Virus record (IMG/VR): IMGVR_UViG_3300009104_000006
Location: 38,094 to 102,093 of that record
Reading direction: 5' to 3' (one strand)
Origin: a virus
Length of the DNA stretch: 64,000 bases
Below are positions 40,659 to 51,254 of this stretch, in pieces (position 1 is the stretch's first letter; every line of letters starts with the position of its first letter). The position numbers and the translations under genes were made by a program. Below the pieces are notes generated by a model. The model saw nothing but the letters and a program-made list of their open reading frames with translations. It was not told where the DNA came from and did not search any database.

Positions 40659-41572
40659 TACGCATACCTACCACGTTGCCTCACACCGCCCATGCTTCTT
40701 GCGAGTTCCTCTTGAATTAAGTCACCCATTTCACGTGCCATTGCTCTCTTATCTGAGCGGTCTGTTACACCACTCACATCTATTGTGATATTGAATGTTT
40801 GAACGACCCCGCCTTGGACGGATGTGCCTACTGTGGTGCTCCCGCCACCGCCACCGCCGGTAACGAGATTTTTTGCTCCACCCACTATTGATTTACCAAA
40901 ATTGAAGACCTTACCCAATGAGCCACCTATGATATCCTTAGCCGCATTCAATATGCTCAATAACCCATCAATGATAGCGCCCACTCCATCTTTGAGGAAC
41001 GAGAATACCGGACCAAGCGTCTTATCATAAACGCTCTTCATCACGCCCATTACTCTACTCCATGCAGAAGCAAGAGCGTCGAATACCCCTCCGACAATGC
41101 TCTTCATACCTCCCCAGATAGGGGTGATTACCTTGCCCCATACGGCGGAAAGACGGCCAACTAAGATATCCCAGATATTCTTGATATTATCAATGGCTTT
41201 CCCCCACCGTAATGTCATGAGATTGAACGCGAACCCAAACATATTCTTGAAAACTCCCCATATCGGAACTAAGATTTCATTCCAAACCCCTTTCATGAGT
41301 TTGACGAGCCCTCTCCAAAGAGTTCCGATGAGTTTGAACACAGGAGCAACAAGATTCTTGAATCCCTCCCAAATGGGAGCGAGATGCTCGTTCCAAAACT
41401 CCTTAATCTTGGTGAATGCCTTGATTGCTACTCCTTTTACAGCAGAGAAGATGCCCTTTAGTGCACCACCGATACCCGATGCAATACCTCCAAGCCCACT
41501 CATAGCACTGCCTATCCCACTAAGGGAACTCGATACTGCAGAAAGTGAGTTTAGTAATGCACCCAGCGCCAT
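40658..41572 (-). CDS. Tape measure protein (short)
   Basis: Amphipathic helical repeats with W/F about every 11 aa, follows the frameshifted chaperone pair, C-terminal FNITIDV..D.R..A motif. Confidence 0.75.
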   Translation of the reverse strand: MALGALLNSLSAVSSSLSGIGSAMSGLGGIASGIGGALKGIFSAVKGVAIKAFTKIKEFWNEHLAPIWEGFKNLVAPVFKLIGTLWRGLVKLMKGVWNEILVPIWGVFKNMFGFAFNLMTLRWGKAIDNIKNIWDILVGRLSAVWGKVITPIWGGMKSIVGGVFDALASAWSRVMGVMKSVYDKTLGPVFSFLKDGVGAIIDGLLSILNAAKDIIGGSLGKVFNFGKSIVGGAKNLVTGGGGGGSTTVGTSVQGGVVQTFNITIDVSGVTDRSDKRAMAREMGDLIQEELARSMGGVRQRGRYA

Positions 41573-41850
41573 CAGATATCCTCTCCATCTAAGAACGAAT
41601 AATCAAGAGTCACTGTTTCATTTCCAGTGGAGTCTTGCATATGCTGCCTTTTCCTTTCCTTGTCTTCTTCATCGTTGATTGCGAGCGCCCAAGCAAGGGA
41701 CTGGGTGAAAATCTCCTTATCCATCTGATATACCTCTGTCAGCGATATGCTGTAATGTTTCGCCACGATATAGGCGAACAACTGAGCCTGCAGTCCAAAA
41801 TCTTCGGCAGATTCTATCTTCCGTTTCTTAAGGAACTGCTGAACTCTCAA
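41572..41850 (-). CDS. Tail assembly chaperone, frameshift extension (GT-like)
   Basis: In the -1 frame of the upstream gene and reachable via G GGT TTT. Lies just before the tape measure. Confidence 0.75.
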   Translation of the reverse strand: MRVQQFLKKRKIESAEDFGLQAQLFAYIVAKHYSISLTEVYQMDKEIFTQSLAWALAINDEEDKERKRQHMQDSTGNETVTLDYSFLDGEDI

Positions 41851-41864
41851 TTGTTCGCGTTCGT

Positions 41865-41871
41865 AAAACCC
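41865..41871 (-). other. Programmed -1 ribosomal frameshift heptamer GGGTTTT
   Basis: Minus strand reads CAG GGG GGT TTT ACG. The -1 frame continues YEREQLRVQQF into the 41572..41850 ORF. Confidence 0.8.
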
Positions 41872-42165
41872 CCCTGCATCACCTCTGCAAGTTCATCTGG
41901 CTTTGGTAATAGCGCGGCTAACTGCTGCCCTACGTATGCATTAACGTTGGCTAAGTCATCCGGTGAGAGTTCGGGGTTAGTTCTCAATACCCAATTAGTG
42001 AAGGCGTATTTCCAATAGCCTTCGAGGTCAAGTTTGACGTCGTCACCATCGACAAGAAAGAGGTTCTGGGCGGCTTTTTGAACGTCGAAAAACGAAATGT
42101 CACGCACCCACACCTCCATCTTTTCATCTGGATTATCGCGGTTTACGCCAATCTCATGTCTTCGT

Positions 42166-42878
<713 letters not shown>

Positions 42879-42882
<4 letters not shown>

Positions 42883-43094
42883 AGACATTCTAAGCAACTC
42901 CCAATCATACTCATAGCAGCAGAATCATCGGTGCCCCAATAGATTCCCTTACCACACTTTGGACAATGTGAATCAAACTCCAGTCCTTGCCAATCATATG
43001 GACCGCCGGGAGCCTTTTTGCCTTCTTCATCGTAGGTATTACCTGTGCCACTGGACTCTTTGAGAAAAATCCAAGCCTTGTTGAATGCTGTCAT
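42879..43094 (-). CDS. Small zinc-finger protein with N-terminal AF..AW..LK leader
   Basis: MTAFNKAWIFLKE...CPKC...CLEC. Confidence 0.7.
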
Positions 43095-43099
43095 AATAA

Positions 43100-45169
43100 T
43101 CACGCGTGTAGTATTGTATCCTTGCTAATGACCTTGAAGGTCTTAGGCAATATCTTGAGTGCAGAGCGTATTGGCCCCTTATCCTCTGGAATAGGAAGCG
43201 GTGCCTCCGTAATGAAATAGTCATCAATTAGTATGTCGATAGATTCTCTGTCTGCCCCAGTGCCCTGTTTGACGAAAGACAGTCGTATCATGTCTGCATC
43301 TGTTTGAGCAGTCTCATCAGTATCGTCGAAATGGTCTACTGCTCTCCTTACCTTATGGTAGAAAAGAGGGTCATCCACGATAATCTCCATCTCAAGGTCA
43401 TATTCAGTCTTACCTTCCACAGCGAGTTTAGGGTTTCTTGTTCCAGCATGGGGCACTTGGTCTGTCGCCGCATCTGCTATGTTTGCTCCGCTGATAGTGT
43501 AGAATTGCTCAACTCCAGTCTTACCATTCAGAGTAAAAGATACTACCTGCCCTAATGTGGTTCCCGCTACGCTTATCGAACCATTGTAAAACATAAACGG
43601 CTTTTGTGTGCCCTTCTCGATACCTGCCTTCTTTCGCTCAACCTCATTATTAGCGGTGTCCTCAAAGAGCCTGTGCGTATCGTATCTATCTCCTTTTGTG
43701 CTTTCTAAGCGCCCTGTATCGGTATAACAAAGAGCAGAATCAAAGTTTGTAGTGAGTCTTAGAGCAGCATCTGTATCGGCGGTCAAACTGAAGTCCTTGA
43801 CTTTACAGCCCCTGAATACACGAGTGAGTTGCTTGGAGTCAGATGGACCACCGTCTGTGACTTCATTAGTGACAGCGCTGTTACCACCATCGCTATCATT
43901 TCTCCTAATGCTAACTTCCATTGAGAAAGATGGTATTGTGCTTCGAGAAAAGAAGAGATGCTCAACGGGTTGAGTTAGATTACCTGTGCTACTGTCTCTA
44001 TGTGGACTACCGTTGCTTGAGTCTGTTTGATACTTAGCGAACTTCACGACTAAATTATTTGCATGGTCATACAATAGAGAGTCGTCCAACCAGACTGAAT
44101 ACTCTGCCCCATTTCGTTGCACAGCCGCTATCCTTCTAACCTCAGTTTTGAGAGCCTTATCGAATATCTGTGTGGCTCCTACATTGGGCCAAGCGTCTGC
44201 TAAAAGCCCCCCACCCACACCAGTATCTCTGTATGTTTGGATATCGACCATCTCTGTCGAAGAGTCAAGAATGATGTAATCGCCCGGAGCGAGTTGCACG
44301 CTATTTATCGTAGGCCAACTACTGTTTCCATCAAACATCAAGAAATTATCGCCTGCGCTAACTGAACCAAGAAGACTGTATGTGTTACCACCAGTCTCCT
44401 TTGTGTTAGCATGTAATTTCACTACCTCTTGACCGAGGCAGTAGTTAAACCATCTACCATTGTGAATGTTGCACTCGAAAGAGCCTCCTTGATTGAGATA
44501 TCTACCCGGAACTTGCACTGCTACATCACGACCAAGACCAACCACATGGTAACGCTTGAGGTCCACTTTAGTCTCCGGTAAGGCTATAGTGCTGACCAGT
44601 CCAACGAATTGGTCAGTCAGAACACGCTCCACAGATTCATTGGCAGCATCATTATGAACCATACTGACATCTATTGTCGGCGTAGTGAAGGAGTGAATAT
44701 ACATGGTATCCCCAGCCTTTGAGTCTTTGTCGGCAGTAGTATGGTCCGTTTTCAACGCAGGAGTGACTGTAATCTCAGTCTTGTTGTTATTTTGGCTATT
44801 CGTATCATTTGCGACTTCCTGCTTAATGATGGTATATGTCCTACCAGTTACAGAATAATCATCATCGGTGCTCCAATTAGGACTGGTCGAACCTATTGAG
44901 AAGGTCACCTTACTGCCTACAAGCATCCCATTGGGATAACGAAGGATTCCGCTATTCACCGGAGTATTAGCCGCACCACTATCAAAGACAATCACACTGG
45001 TATCCTTAGTGAGATTCTGATGTGGTGCATTAGCGGGTGCGGGAACATTCGGGTCAAAAGATGCTGTGAACTTGAAATTAGACCCCGCATAACCATGATT
45101 CAAAGTCAAACCAGTCTCGTGACCAAAGGTCACTTCTGTTAAATCACCCTTGTAGACTGTGGACGGCAT
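43100..45169 (-). CDS. Major tail (tube) protein with inserted domains
   Basis: Sits after the terminator and before the chaperones. Tube-like motifs V.FG.ET, PSFS.E, F.GCKV..F.L, PF.F..G. Confidence 0.75.
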   Translation of the reverse strand: MPSTVYKGDLTEVTFGHETGLTLNHGYAGSNFKFTASFDPNVPAPANAPHQNLTKDTSVIVFDSGAANTPVNSGILRYPNGMLVGSKVTFSIGSTSPNWSTDDDYSVTGRTYTIIKQEVANDTNSQNNNKTEITVTPALKTDHTTADKDSKAGDTMYIHSFTTPTIDVSMVHNDAANESVERVLTDQFVGLVSTIALPETKVDLKRYHVVGLGRDVAVQVPGRYLNQGGSFECNIHNGRWFNYCLGQEVVKLHANTKETGGNTYSLLGSVSAGDNFLMFDGNSSWPTINSVQLAPGDYIILDSSTEMVDIQTYRDTGVGGGLLADAWPNVGATQIFDKALKTEVRRIAAVQRNGAEYSVWLDDSLLYDHANNLVVKFAKYQTDSSNGSPHRDSSTGNLTQPVEHLFFSRSTIPSFSMEVSIRRNDSDGGNSAVTNEVTDGGPSDSKQLTRVFRGCKVKDFSLTADTDAALRLTTNFDSALCYTDTGRLESTKGDRYDTHRLFEDTANNEVERKKAGIEKGTQKPFMFYNGSISVAGTTLGQVVSFTLNGKTGVEQFYTISGANIADAATDQVPHAGTRNPKLAVEGKTEYDLEMEIIVDDPLFYHKVRRAVDHFDDTDETAQTDADMIRLSFVKQGTGADRESIDILIDDYFITEAPLPIPEDKGPIRSALKILPKTFKVISKDTILHA

Positions 45170-45183
45170 GGCTCTCTCTCACC

Positions 45184-45633
45184 TCATGGGATTGGTTCTG
45201 CAAAGATAACTACTTCTATCTGGAAGGTCATTCTGAACAATTTCTTGCTCCTATCGGACAAATCCGTGCGTGTTTTGTATACTAACCTATCGAAATTAAC
45301 GCCATCGCCCTTTCTCTTCAGATGAATGCACCGCCTCAACTCGTTTTCCATCTCCTTAAGTTGCCTACGATTTCTCGTAGTCCGCATATCCACCGTGATA
45401 TTGATTCTGGTTGTGACAAAATCGTAGAGCATCTCAGGTAGTTCTTCGTTATGTGCTGTCTCGAAAACGAGAATATAGTCCGACCTATCAAGGTCAAGAC
45501 GCTTACCTCGCTCAGGCGTCACATCGGCAATATCAATGATGATAGGCTTGTAGTTGCTCGTATTTGCCCTATTCCAATTGTCCTTGAGGACATCCAAAAT
45601 GACATCTATTCCTTCTTTGAAGGTGGCAACCAT
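45184..45633 (-). CDS. Putative tail terminator / completion protein
   Basis: 149 aa, directly upstream of the tube gene, with a terminator-like alpha/beta pattern. Confidence 0.6.
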   Translation of the reverse strand: MVATFKEGIDVILDVLKDNWNRANTSNYKPIIIDIADVTPERGKRLDLDRSDYILVFETAHNEELPEMLYDFVTTRINITVDMRTTRNRRQLKEMENELRRCIHLKRKGDGVNFDRLVYKTRTDLSDRSKKLFRMTFQIEVVIFAEPIP

Positions 45634-45911
45634 TTCTTCTTCCTCCTTGCTTTATCATGAGCGTCCCAATCTGGTAATACTGAATTACCATTGAACCTAA
45701 GTTTCTGCTCAGTCAATATAGGCGATTCAGTTAGCATACGTCTATCCACAATATCAGGATTCTCCTCTTGAGACTTTACTAAATCGTGATACTGCGTAGA
45801 ACCTTCTATAACGCCCTTACGTAATTCCGCTTGAGTTTCTGCTTGAGTGAACTCCTTCTCAATCACTTCTTTCCACTCATCGTAGACTATTCGTTCGGTA
45901 TCATCACCCAA
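45606..45911 (-). CDS. Hypothetical neck-region protein
   Basis: TTG at 45911 preceded by GAGGTG. The ORF track starts it at 45944. Confidence 0.6.
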   Translation of the reverse strand: MGDDTERIVYDEWKEVIEKEFTQAETQAELRKGVIEGSTQYHDLVKSQEENPDIVDRRMLTESPILTEQKLRFNGNSVLPDWDAHDKARRKKKWLPPSKKE

Positions 45912-47472
45912 AGACGACCACCTCAATATATCGTGCGAAAACACGGTCTACATCTGCTCGATAGAGTTGAATCTTAGATGCCAAGTCCACATTCTGTGTT
46001 CCTTCCGGTATGAGAACGCTACGGTCATCATTCATCAATAAATCAATTGCTACCAACTTAGTGCAGATATCCTCTATACCCTTATCCACATAGCGCTCAC
46101 CATAGATGTAAGATGTCTTGATTGCATTCCACTCAAAGAATGGATATGAGTTGTTGAAGTATATGATGCCCATCTCGTGGTCGAGCCACCAGTCTCGCAG
46201 TCTGCCCTTGTCTCCGCTTGAACTACCGCCTTGGAGGTCTATCTGTAACTGGTGTTGAGTGAGAACCCCTGCTATATCAGAAAGAGCAGAGCCTACTACA
46301 ATCACACATCCAGTGAAGGATGTGGCAGTTTTTCCTGTATAACGAAAGACGTCACCGCTCGCATCGACGACGACGCCCGTTTCTGCAAATCCACTTGTAG
46401 TATCTACATTGATAGTTGTAGAAGAGAGATTACTGAATGTAGCCGTTGAACTGCTGGTCTGACTAATATCTATGTCGCTATCAGTGGCGACGATTGTGCA
46501 AGTCTCTCCTCCCTTTGTATCTCTCATACTGGTTATCTTGACGATGCCTGTCCCATAATCGGAATTGGCCGTAGCGAGAAATTCATTGTGGACTGCGACA
46601 TTAGCCGTATTACCCTCAAGAGTAAATGTAGGCGCAAAATCTACTGCGGTCTTTCCTACTCTGTCTTCTTTATTGATTAAGTCGGCCAGATTCTGAGCAG
46701 AAGTTGCCTTATCGAAGTCTGCTCGCCAATTCGCAGTGCTACTGCCGATTGAGAGGACACCGACGCTCCCATTGCCGGGTGAAACGACTATGGAACCGGA
46801 GAGGTCTCGCACATTGTCTGGTAGTGTGATTCTTGCCTCTGCTGCACCTATCTCTCGGTAGTCATCTCCTTGCCACAACTCCAATCGAAGTATCTGCTGA
46901 ACGTTTCTGAAGAGAAGTGGAGAAGTGCCGACGTAGTCAGTATAGTATCGACGACGATATGGCTTGTAAGTATCGAAGTTGATGTATTCCGCATTAACAA
47001 GATACGGTCTCCATGCATTGTGAGTTCTGTTGTCTATGTGGTCCTGCATACGAAGAATGACTTCCTCAACCTTAGCCTTAGTTAATCCACGAGTTCTTCC
47101 ATTGGTGAATGATGCCAGATTTTGCACATATGTATCATCTACCGCTTGGTAATCTGAAGTTGAGAATGACCCTGTAAAGTATAGGGCTACTCCATTGGTC
47201 CCCCCTTCAGCGATAGATGTAATCGTCTTCTCTATTCCCAATGCTTGCGCATCGCTGTAAATGAGAATTGTATCTCCTACTGAAAATCCGATATTTCTGT
47301 AATCGGCGCCCGTCACATATACTCTATCAGACTCAGAGTCAGCACTGACTGCGACGGCGTCTTGCGGTCCCATATCCAGTAGGTCTGCAACTTTCTGCGC
47401 CGTGGTGTAGACTACCTCAGTAGGGTCAAGAGGTCTTGTTTCGCCTTCACCGGGACTGAATACTTGTGGCAT
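45904..47472 (-). CDS. Putative head-tail adaptor / neck protein with inserted domains
   Basis: YTT...V N-terminus, I......ID helix, C-terminal SY.YG.....I......LVA pattern. GGAGG SD before ATG 47472. Confidence 0.65.
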   Translation of the reverse strand: MPQVFSPGEGETRPLDPTEVVYTTAQKVADLLDMGPQDAVAVSADSESDRVYVTGADYRNIGFSVGDTILIYSDAQALGIEKTITSIAEGGTNGVALYFTGSFSTSDYQAVDDTYVQNLASFTNGRTRGLTKAKVEEVILRMQDHIDNRTHNAWRPYLVNAEYINFDTYKPYRRRYYTDYVGTSPLLFRNVQQILRLELWQGDDYREIGAAEARITLPDNVRDLSGSIVVSPGNGSVGVLSIGSSTANWRADFDKATSAQNLADLINKEDRVGKTAVDFAPTFTLEGNTANVAVHNEFLATANSDYGTGIVKITSMRDTKGGETCTIVATDSDIDISQTSSSTATFSNLSSTTINVDTTSGFAETGVVVDASGDVFRYTGKTATSFTGCVIVVGSALSDIAGVLTQHQLQIDLQGGSSSGDKGRLRDWWLDHEMGIIYFNNSYPFFEWNAIKTSYIYGERYVDKGIEDICTKLVAIDLLMNDDRSVLIPEGTQNVDLASKIQLYRADVDRVFARYIEVVVFG

Positions 47473-48332
47473 TACTGTCCCTCCTCGTGCATAGTGCGAT
47501 GCCGTATTTCTTCTTCTTGGATACACCTGTTACATATTATTGAATTTACATCGGATGGTTGTAATGTCGCTTCACACTTTTCACAAGTCTCATATCTCTT
47601 ACCCGGTAAAAGTTTGAGATTGTAATTTGGGTCATCTCTTTTAGGGAAGGCATACGGACTACCATCTCGTGCTTTAGCAGAATCCTTGAGTAATCGGAAT
47701 GCAATATCCATTGGCTCACCAGTAATCACCCTTGCACCGCGTTTCGGCCAATCTATGTCCTCGTAATCAAATGGAACGGGATTCCGTTCATCACTCCATA
47801 TAGGTGGCTCTTCTTCTCCCAGTAGTCGCCTTTGCACCGCGCCCCAATCTGGCTCTTCTCCCTTTTCGGAGAAGGCGTCCCTCAATTCTTGGGACGTTAT
47901 AGTTTCACCAGCCAATAAACGCGCCTGCGCGCCGGCTGGAGTAAGGAGCGATTTTGGGGGGTTTCTATTCTCAAATTCCTTACCGGGAGCAGCCTCTTGA
48001 GGTATCATACTATGCATCCTCTCTCGCCAGATGTTGTATTGCTCTGGAGTCATACTGCCTCTGACCAAGGCCTTCTGGTCCTCCGCCTGTGCCGCCTGCG
48101 CCGCTTTCGCCTTCGCCCAGCGCGCCATTTCCCGTCCCTGAAGTTCTTGGCTATCCCGATTCATCATCTCGTCAATATCGTAATTGCTTGCTTCGTTCAT
48201 CTGTCGCTGAAAGTTTTTATTTCCGCGTCTGGGAATAGTATTATGTCTCTGCATTCTGGCATAGCCACCCCCACTCATCTGCTGTTCTGGGAGTCCTTTC
48301 AAGACGTTCCACGCTAAGTCAAACTCATTCAT
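47472..48332 (-). CDS. Hypothetical protein with two LK motifs and a C-terminal zinc finger
   Basis: MNEFDLAWNVLKG..., GEPMDIAFRLLKD..., CEKC..CNRC. Confidence 0.75.
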   Translation of the reverse strand: MNEFDLAWNVLKGLPEQQMSGGGYARMQRHNTIPRRGNKNFQRQMNEASNYDIDEMMNRDSQELQGREMARWAKAKAAQAAQAEDQKALVRGSMTPEQYNIWRERMHSMIPQEAAPGKEFENRNPPKSLLTPAGAQARLLAGETITSQELRDAFSEKGEEPDWGAVQRRLLGEEEPPIWSDERNPVPFDYEDIDWPKRGARVITGEPMDIAFRLLKDSAKARDGSPYAFPKRDDPNYNLKLLPGKRYETCEKCEATLQPSDVNSIICNRCIQEEEIRHRTMHEEGQ

Positions 48333-48634
48333 AGCCTCGCCTCCTCATTACGGGTTCCGAGGTTGTATTCCATAGGCCTATCGCAAGCGCCACAAGTAGC
48401 CCTCCATAGAAAGTGAAGCATACCACAGTGGGCACAACGTGTGCCAGCACCAATATCGAGTATGTCTGCGATATCAGAGGTTCTCGCCCTCTGCTTCTTA
48501 GTGATGCCCTTTAGCGGGGCATCGGTATTGATTTTCTGGTTGTCGTATTTAATGTCTGCACGAACATTTTGCTTGGCTGCTCTGCTGATGTCGTCAATAT
48601 CAAGTGTTTGTAACTCGAACTTGGACACCCACAA
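48329..48634 (-). CDS. Zinc-ribbon protein
   Basis: CAHC-x10-CGAC. The real start may be GTG 48628. Confidence 0.7.
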   Translation of the reverse strand: MWVSKFELQTLDIDDISRAAKQNVRADIKYDNQKINTDAPLKGITKKQRARTSDIADILDIGAGTRCAHCGMLHFLWRATCGACDRPMEYNLGTRNEEARL

Positions 48635-48643
48635 ACACCACCT

Positions 48644-48841
48644 TCATGCATAGTATGTGAGAACAAGAAACACATTTCCAAGAATAGTAATTGGCTCAGA
48701 TGCCACTAATGATGACGTAGAGGCTGCATCAGTAATCGTAGTATATGCTGCCGCCAATGCTGTTTCTGCCTTAGCCTCAGTGGAAAATTCCTTCGGGGCT
48801 ATCGGGCCGATAACTGCAAACTTTAGTGTTAGGTTAGCCAT
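48644..48841 (-). CDS. Small hypothetical virion-module protein
   Basis: GGTGA SD, co-oriented in the head operon. Confidence 0.65.
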   Translation of the reverse strand: MANLTLKFAVIGPIAPKEFSTEAKAETALAAAYTTITDAASTSSLVASEPITILGNVFLVLTYYA

Positions 48842-48858
48842 TTAGGTCACCGCCTGTT

Positions 48859-49134
48859 TCAGCGCTTACCCAATGCCCACCACTTACCAGTGTTTCCACT
48901 GACGCAATCTATTGTTAGGGAACCCGGTGCAGCGGTTGTAACGATAGCGAATGCTCCGTCTACTCCACCACCTGTGTTGTCTTCGGTATCACCAATGACG
49001 TTTCCAGCAAGTATCTCGGATAGTCCTGTGACTATTGTTCCAGTGTCTACGCTTGCTGCATTCCATGTTCCAGTAACCATCATTAGGTCACCCATTACGT
49101 GTGTTCTTGTGTCTGTTGTGCTACTAAATGCCAT
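48859..49134 (-). CDS. Small beta-rich protein, possible head decoration
   Basis: T/G-rich, G.I.TGL motif, ends W.A.G, located downstream of the capsid gene. Confidence 0.65.
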   Translation of the reverse strand: MAFSSTTDTRTHVMGDLMMVTGTWNAASVDTGTIVTGLSEILAGNVIGDTEDNTGGGVDGAFAIVTTAAPGSLTIDCVSGNTGKWWALGKR

Positions 49135-49140
49135 AATTTA

Positions 49141-49608
49141 TCACTCCATTTCCGTTTCGTCTTCTGCTACTGCTTCCTCAACAACTGGCTCTTCCACTAC
49201 TGGTTCAACTACTGCTTCTTCCACTACTGGTTCTTCCGCTATTGATTCTACAACTTCTGCTGCTTCGACTACTGATTCCTCCACTGGGGCTGGACTTAAA
49301 GCCTCTTCCACTAAAGAGAGAAGAGAACTCTTGGTCTTATAACCGCCAGCAATTGGTATTCCATTATCGTCGAGCCAAGCCATAATGTCGGCTTTTCTCC
49401 ATTGGCTGTCGGGAATGCCATCATTGCCCGCATCTGAATGCGGTGCTTCGTCGCCCTCAATGATATAATCGTCCTTGAGTAACCAATGCCTGTTCTCATC
49501 CAACCAAGATTGGGAGACGGTTCTTCTGCTTCCACGTATCCATTCGCCTATGGATGGGTCGCGTCCAGCACGAGAATACCACTTGCCTGCATAGGTTACG
49601 GTAGGCAT
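49141..49608 (-). CDS. Protein with HeH/SAP-like helical motif and acidic tail
   Basis: WRKADIMAWLDDNGI.....TKSSLL followed by E/V/P repeats. GAGGTGGGTGA SD. Confidence 0.7.
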   Translation of the reverse strand: MPTVTYAGKWYSRAGRDPSIGEWIRGSRRTVSQSWLDENRHWLLKDDYIIEGDEAPHSDAGNDGIPDSQWRKADIMAWLDDNGIPIAGGYKTKSSLLSLVEEALSPAPVEESVVEAAEVVESIAEEPVVEEAVVEPVVEEPVVEEAVAEDETEME

Positions 49609-49617
49609 TCACCCACC

Positions 49618-50016
49618 TCAGTTGTAAAATACCACAAGTTGTCCACTGGTTACAGTTCCGGTTGTGGGTAGTGTGACTACCAAACCGTCTATGGTTGCGC
49701 CGAGCGTCTGAGCATTCGCGCTTGTGCCGCCAGTTGCTATTGCTGTAAGAACAGAGGTTGCTCCGCCACTTAGTGTGACAGTGGCTCCATTAGTTGTTGA
49801 ACCAAGTGTAATCAATGCCATCTTGGGGGCCGGGTCGTATCCGGTCGCTCCATCGGAGTTTGATGGATGGAAAGTGCCCGGACCTCCGCCCGGATAAGTT
49901 ACATCTGCTGCTCCGTCAAGCCATTCTGTTGTGTCGTGAGAACCCGCTCTGAGTTCCCATGCCCCTACAAGGGTTGCCGTTGTGCTACTGCCTGTTACTG
50001 TTAATGTATCTGCCAT
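49618..50016 (-). CDS. Putative capsid decoration / minor head protein
   Basis: T/G/A-rich ORF right after the capsid gene, GGAG SD. Confidence 0.6.
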   Translation of the reverse strand: MADTLTVTGSSTTATLVGAWELRAGSHDTTEWLDGAADVTYPGGGPGTFHPSNSDGATGYDPAPKMALITLGSTTNGATVTLSGGATSVLTAIATGGTSANAQTLGATIDGLVVTLPTTGTVTSGQLVVFYN

Positions 50017-50054
50017 TTTTCTTCATCTCCTGTATATATTCCTGCCTTCTGGCC

Positions 50055-51221
50055 TCACTTCAAGTCCCTCAGACTTCCTTGCGACCCAAAGAAAGTGGTC
50101 CAAATCTCGCCCATTGTTCGGTAGAGTCCTTCTTGACCCAGCCTGTTGATGGCGAAGGGGTCGCCGGTCTCAATTCCCGACTCGAAGTATTGGGTCGGTA
50201 TTGCTGTGCTAAAGTGCAGGTAATCTGTATCTAAGAAGTAAACGCGACTGATAGAATCCGTCAGCATGTTCTTGGTTGGGATAATCGGGACTCCGTTGTA
50301 AGTAGCCACAATAAATCCGGCTTCCATTCCCGGAACACCCTTTACACCGTTGTAGGTGGGGGTGACTCTCTTCTCTTCCATGAACCTCTGCTGGCTCTGC
50401 AATAGTTGCTGCAGGCGCATTAGTGTGTCATATCCGGTTAGCATAACCTTGGGGTTACCACCACGGACCCAGAGTTTCTGGAACATCTCGTCAATCAAGT
50501 CGAGAGAAAGAACTCTGTCAGTTGAGACATTGCTCACTGCGTTGTTGCTCATCTCAGCGTTCGACCATGAGTTTGCACTCCTGTCGATACTGTATATGTC
50601 GAGGTCAGAGTCAGCGCTTAGATTGTCGTGACCATTAACCAGACCAGTTGTGGTAGTTGCGTTGTTGCTGTATGCTGCTGTAACTCGGTCCAAGGACTCG
50701 AAGTTGTTAGCGGCAGGTGTGTCCACATCAGTGCAAAGCATCTTGTTCACCATCTCAGCGTGATGTTTGCCCATTTCTTCCTTCATGACCGAGCGGATAT
50801 CTCCGAGGCCATCATCCTTGTCAGCGAGGAAAATCGCTGTCTCGGACATATCAAAGGTGTGTGCGATAGTCTTAGGCTTTGCAGCAACGTGCTGGAAAGT
50901 CGGCTTGACTGTCTCAGGCAGTGTTGCGTTCTCTGCAACTCCACCGTGTAGAGTGCCCGAATTGGGGCGACCAGTGATTACGCGCCATCCGCTTCGGTCC
51001 CAAGGCTTCTTGGGTAGAATACTGAAGGCGTTGAACTCTTGGTTCAGTTGCGACCAGACTTTGCGTCCATAAATTGCTTGGTAAGTTCCACCAGTGGTAG
51101 ACAGCATTGGGCTGTCTGCCTTGAGTAGTTCACTACCGGAGTAAGAATACCCCATTGCGTTCCCTGCGCCATAGTAATAGCGCTCCATGTCAGTTATTGT
51201 TCTTACGTAGTTTCGTGCCAT
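50055..51221 (-). CDS. Major capsid protein (HK97 fold)
   Basis: 388 aa, after the protease/scaffold. E-loop-like GGVAE..LPE...TF and P-domain-like YNGVPII motifs. Confidence 0.88.
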   Translation of the reverse strand: MARNYVRTITDMERYYYGAGNAMGYSYSGSELLKADSPMLSTTGGTYQAIYGRKVWSQLNQEFNAFSILPKKPWDRSGWRVITGRPNSGTLHGGVAENATLPETVKPTFQHVAAKPKTIAHTFDMSETAIFLADKDDGLGDIRSVMKEEMGKHHAEMVNKMLCTDVDTPAANNFESLDRVTAAYSNNATTTTGLVNGHDNLSADSDLDIYSIDRSANSWSNAEMSNNAVSNVSTDRVLSLDLIDEMFQKLWVRGGNPKVMLTGYDTLMRLQQLLQSQQRFMEEKRVTPTYNGVKGVPGMEAGFIVATYNGVPIIPTKNMLTDSISRVYFLDTDYLHFSTAIPTQYFESGIETGDPFAINRLGQEGLYRTMGEIWTTFFGSQGSLRDLK

Positions 51222-51254
51222 TTTTCATCATCTCCTAATTTTTGTTGTAGATTC

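Noticed and set aside
43100-45169. Contractile tail sheath, suggested by the 689-aa size
   Set aside because: The motifs are tube-like and no separate tube gene follows, so the size is better explained by inserted domains.
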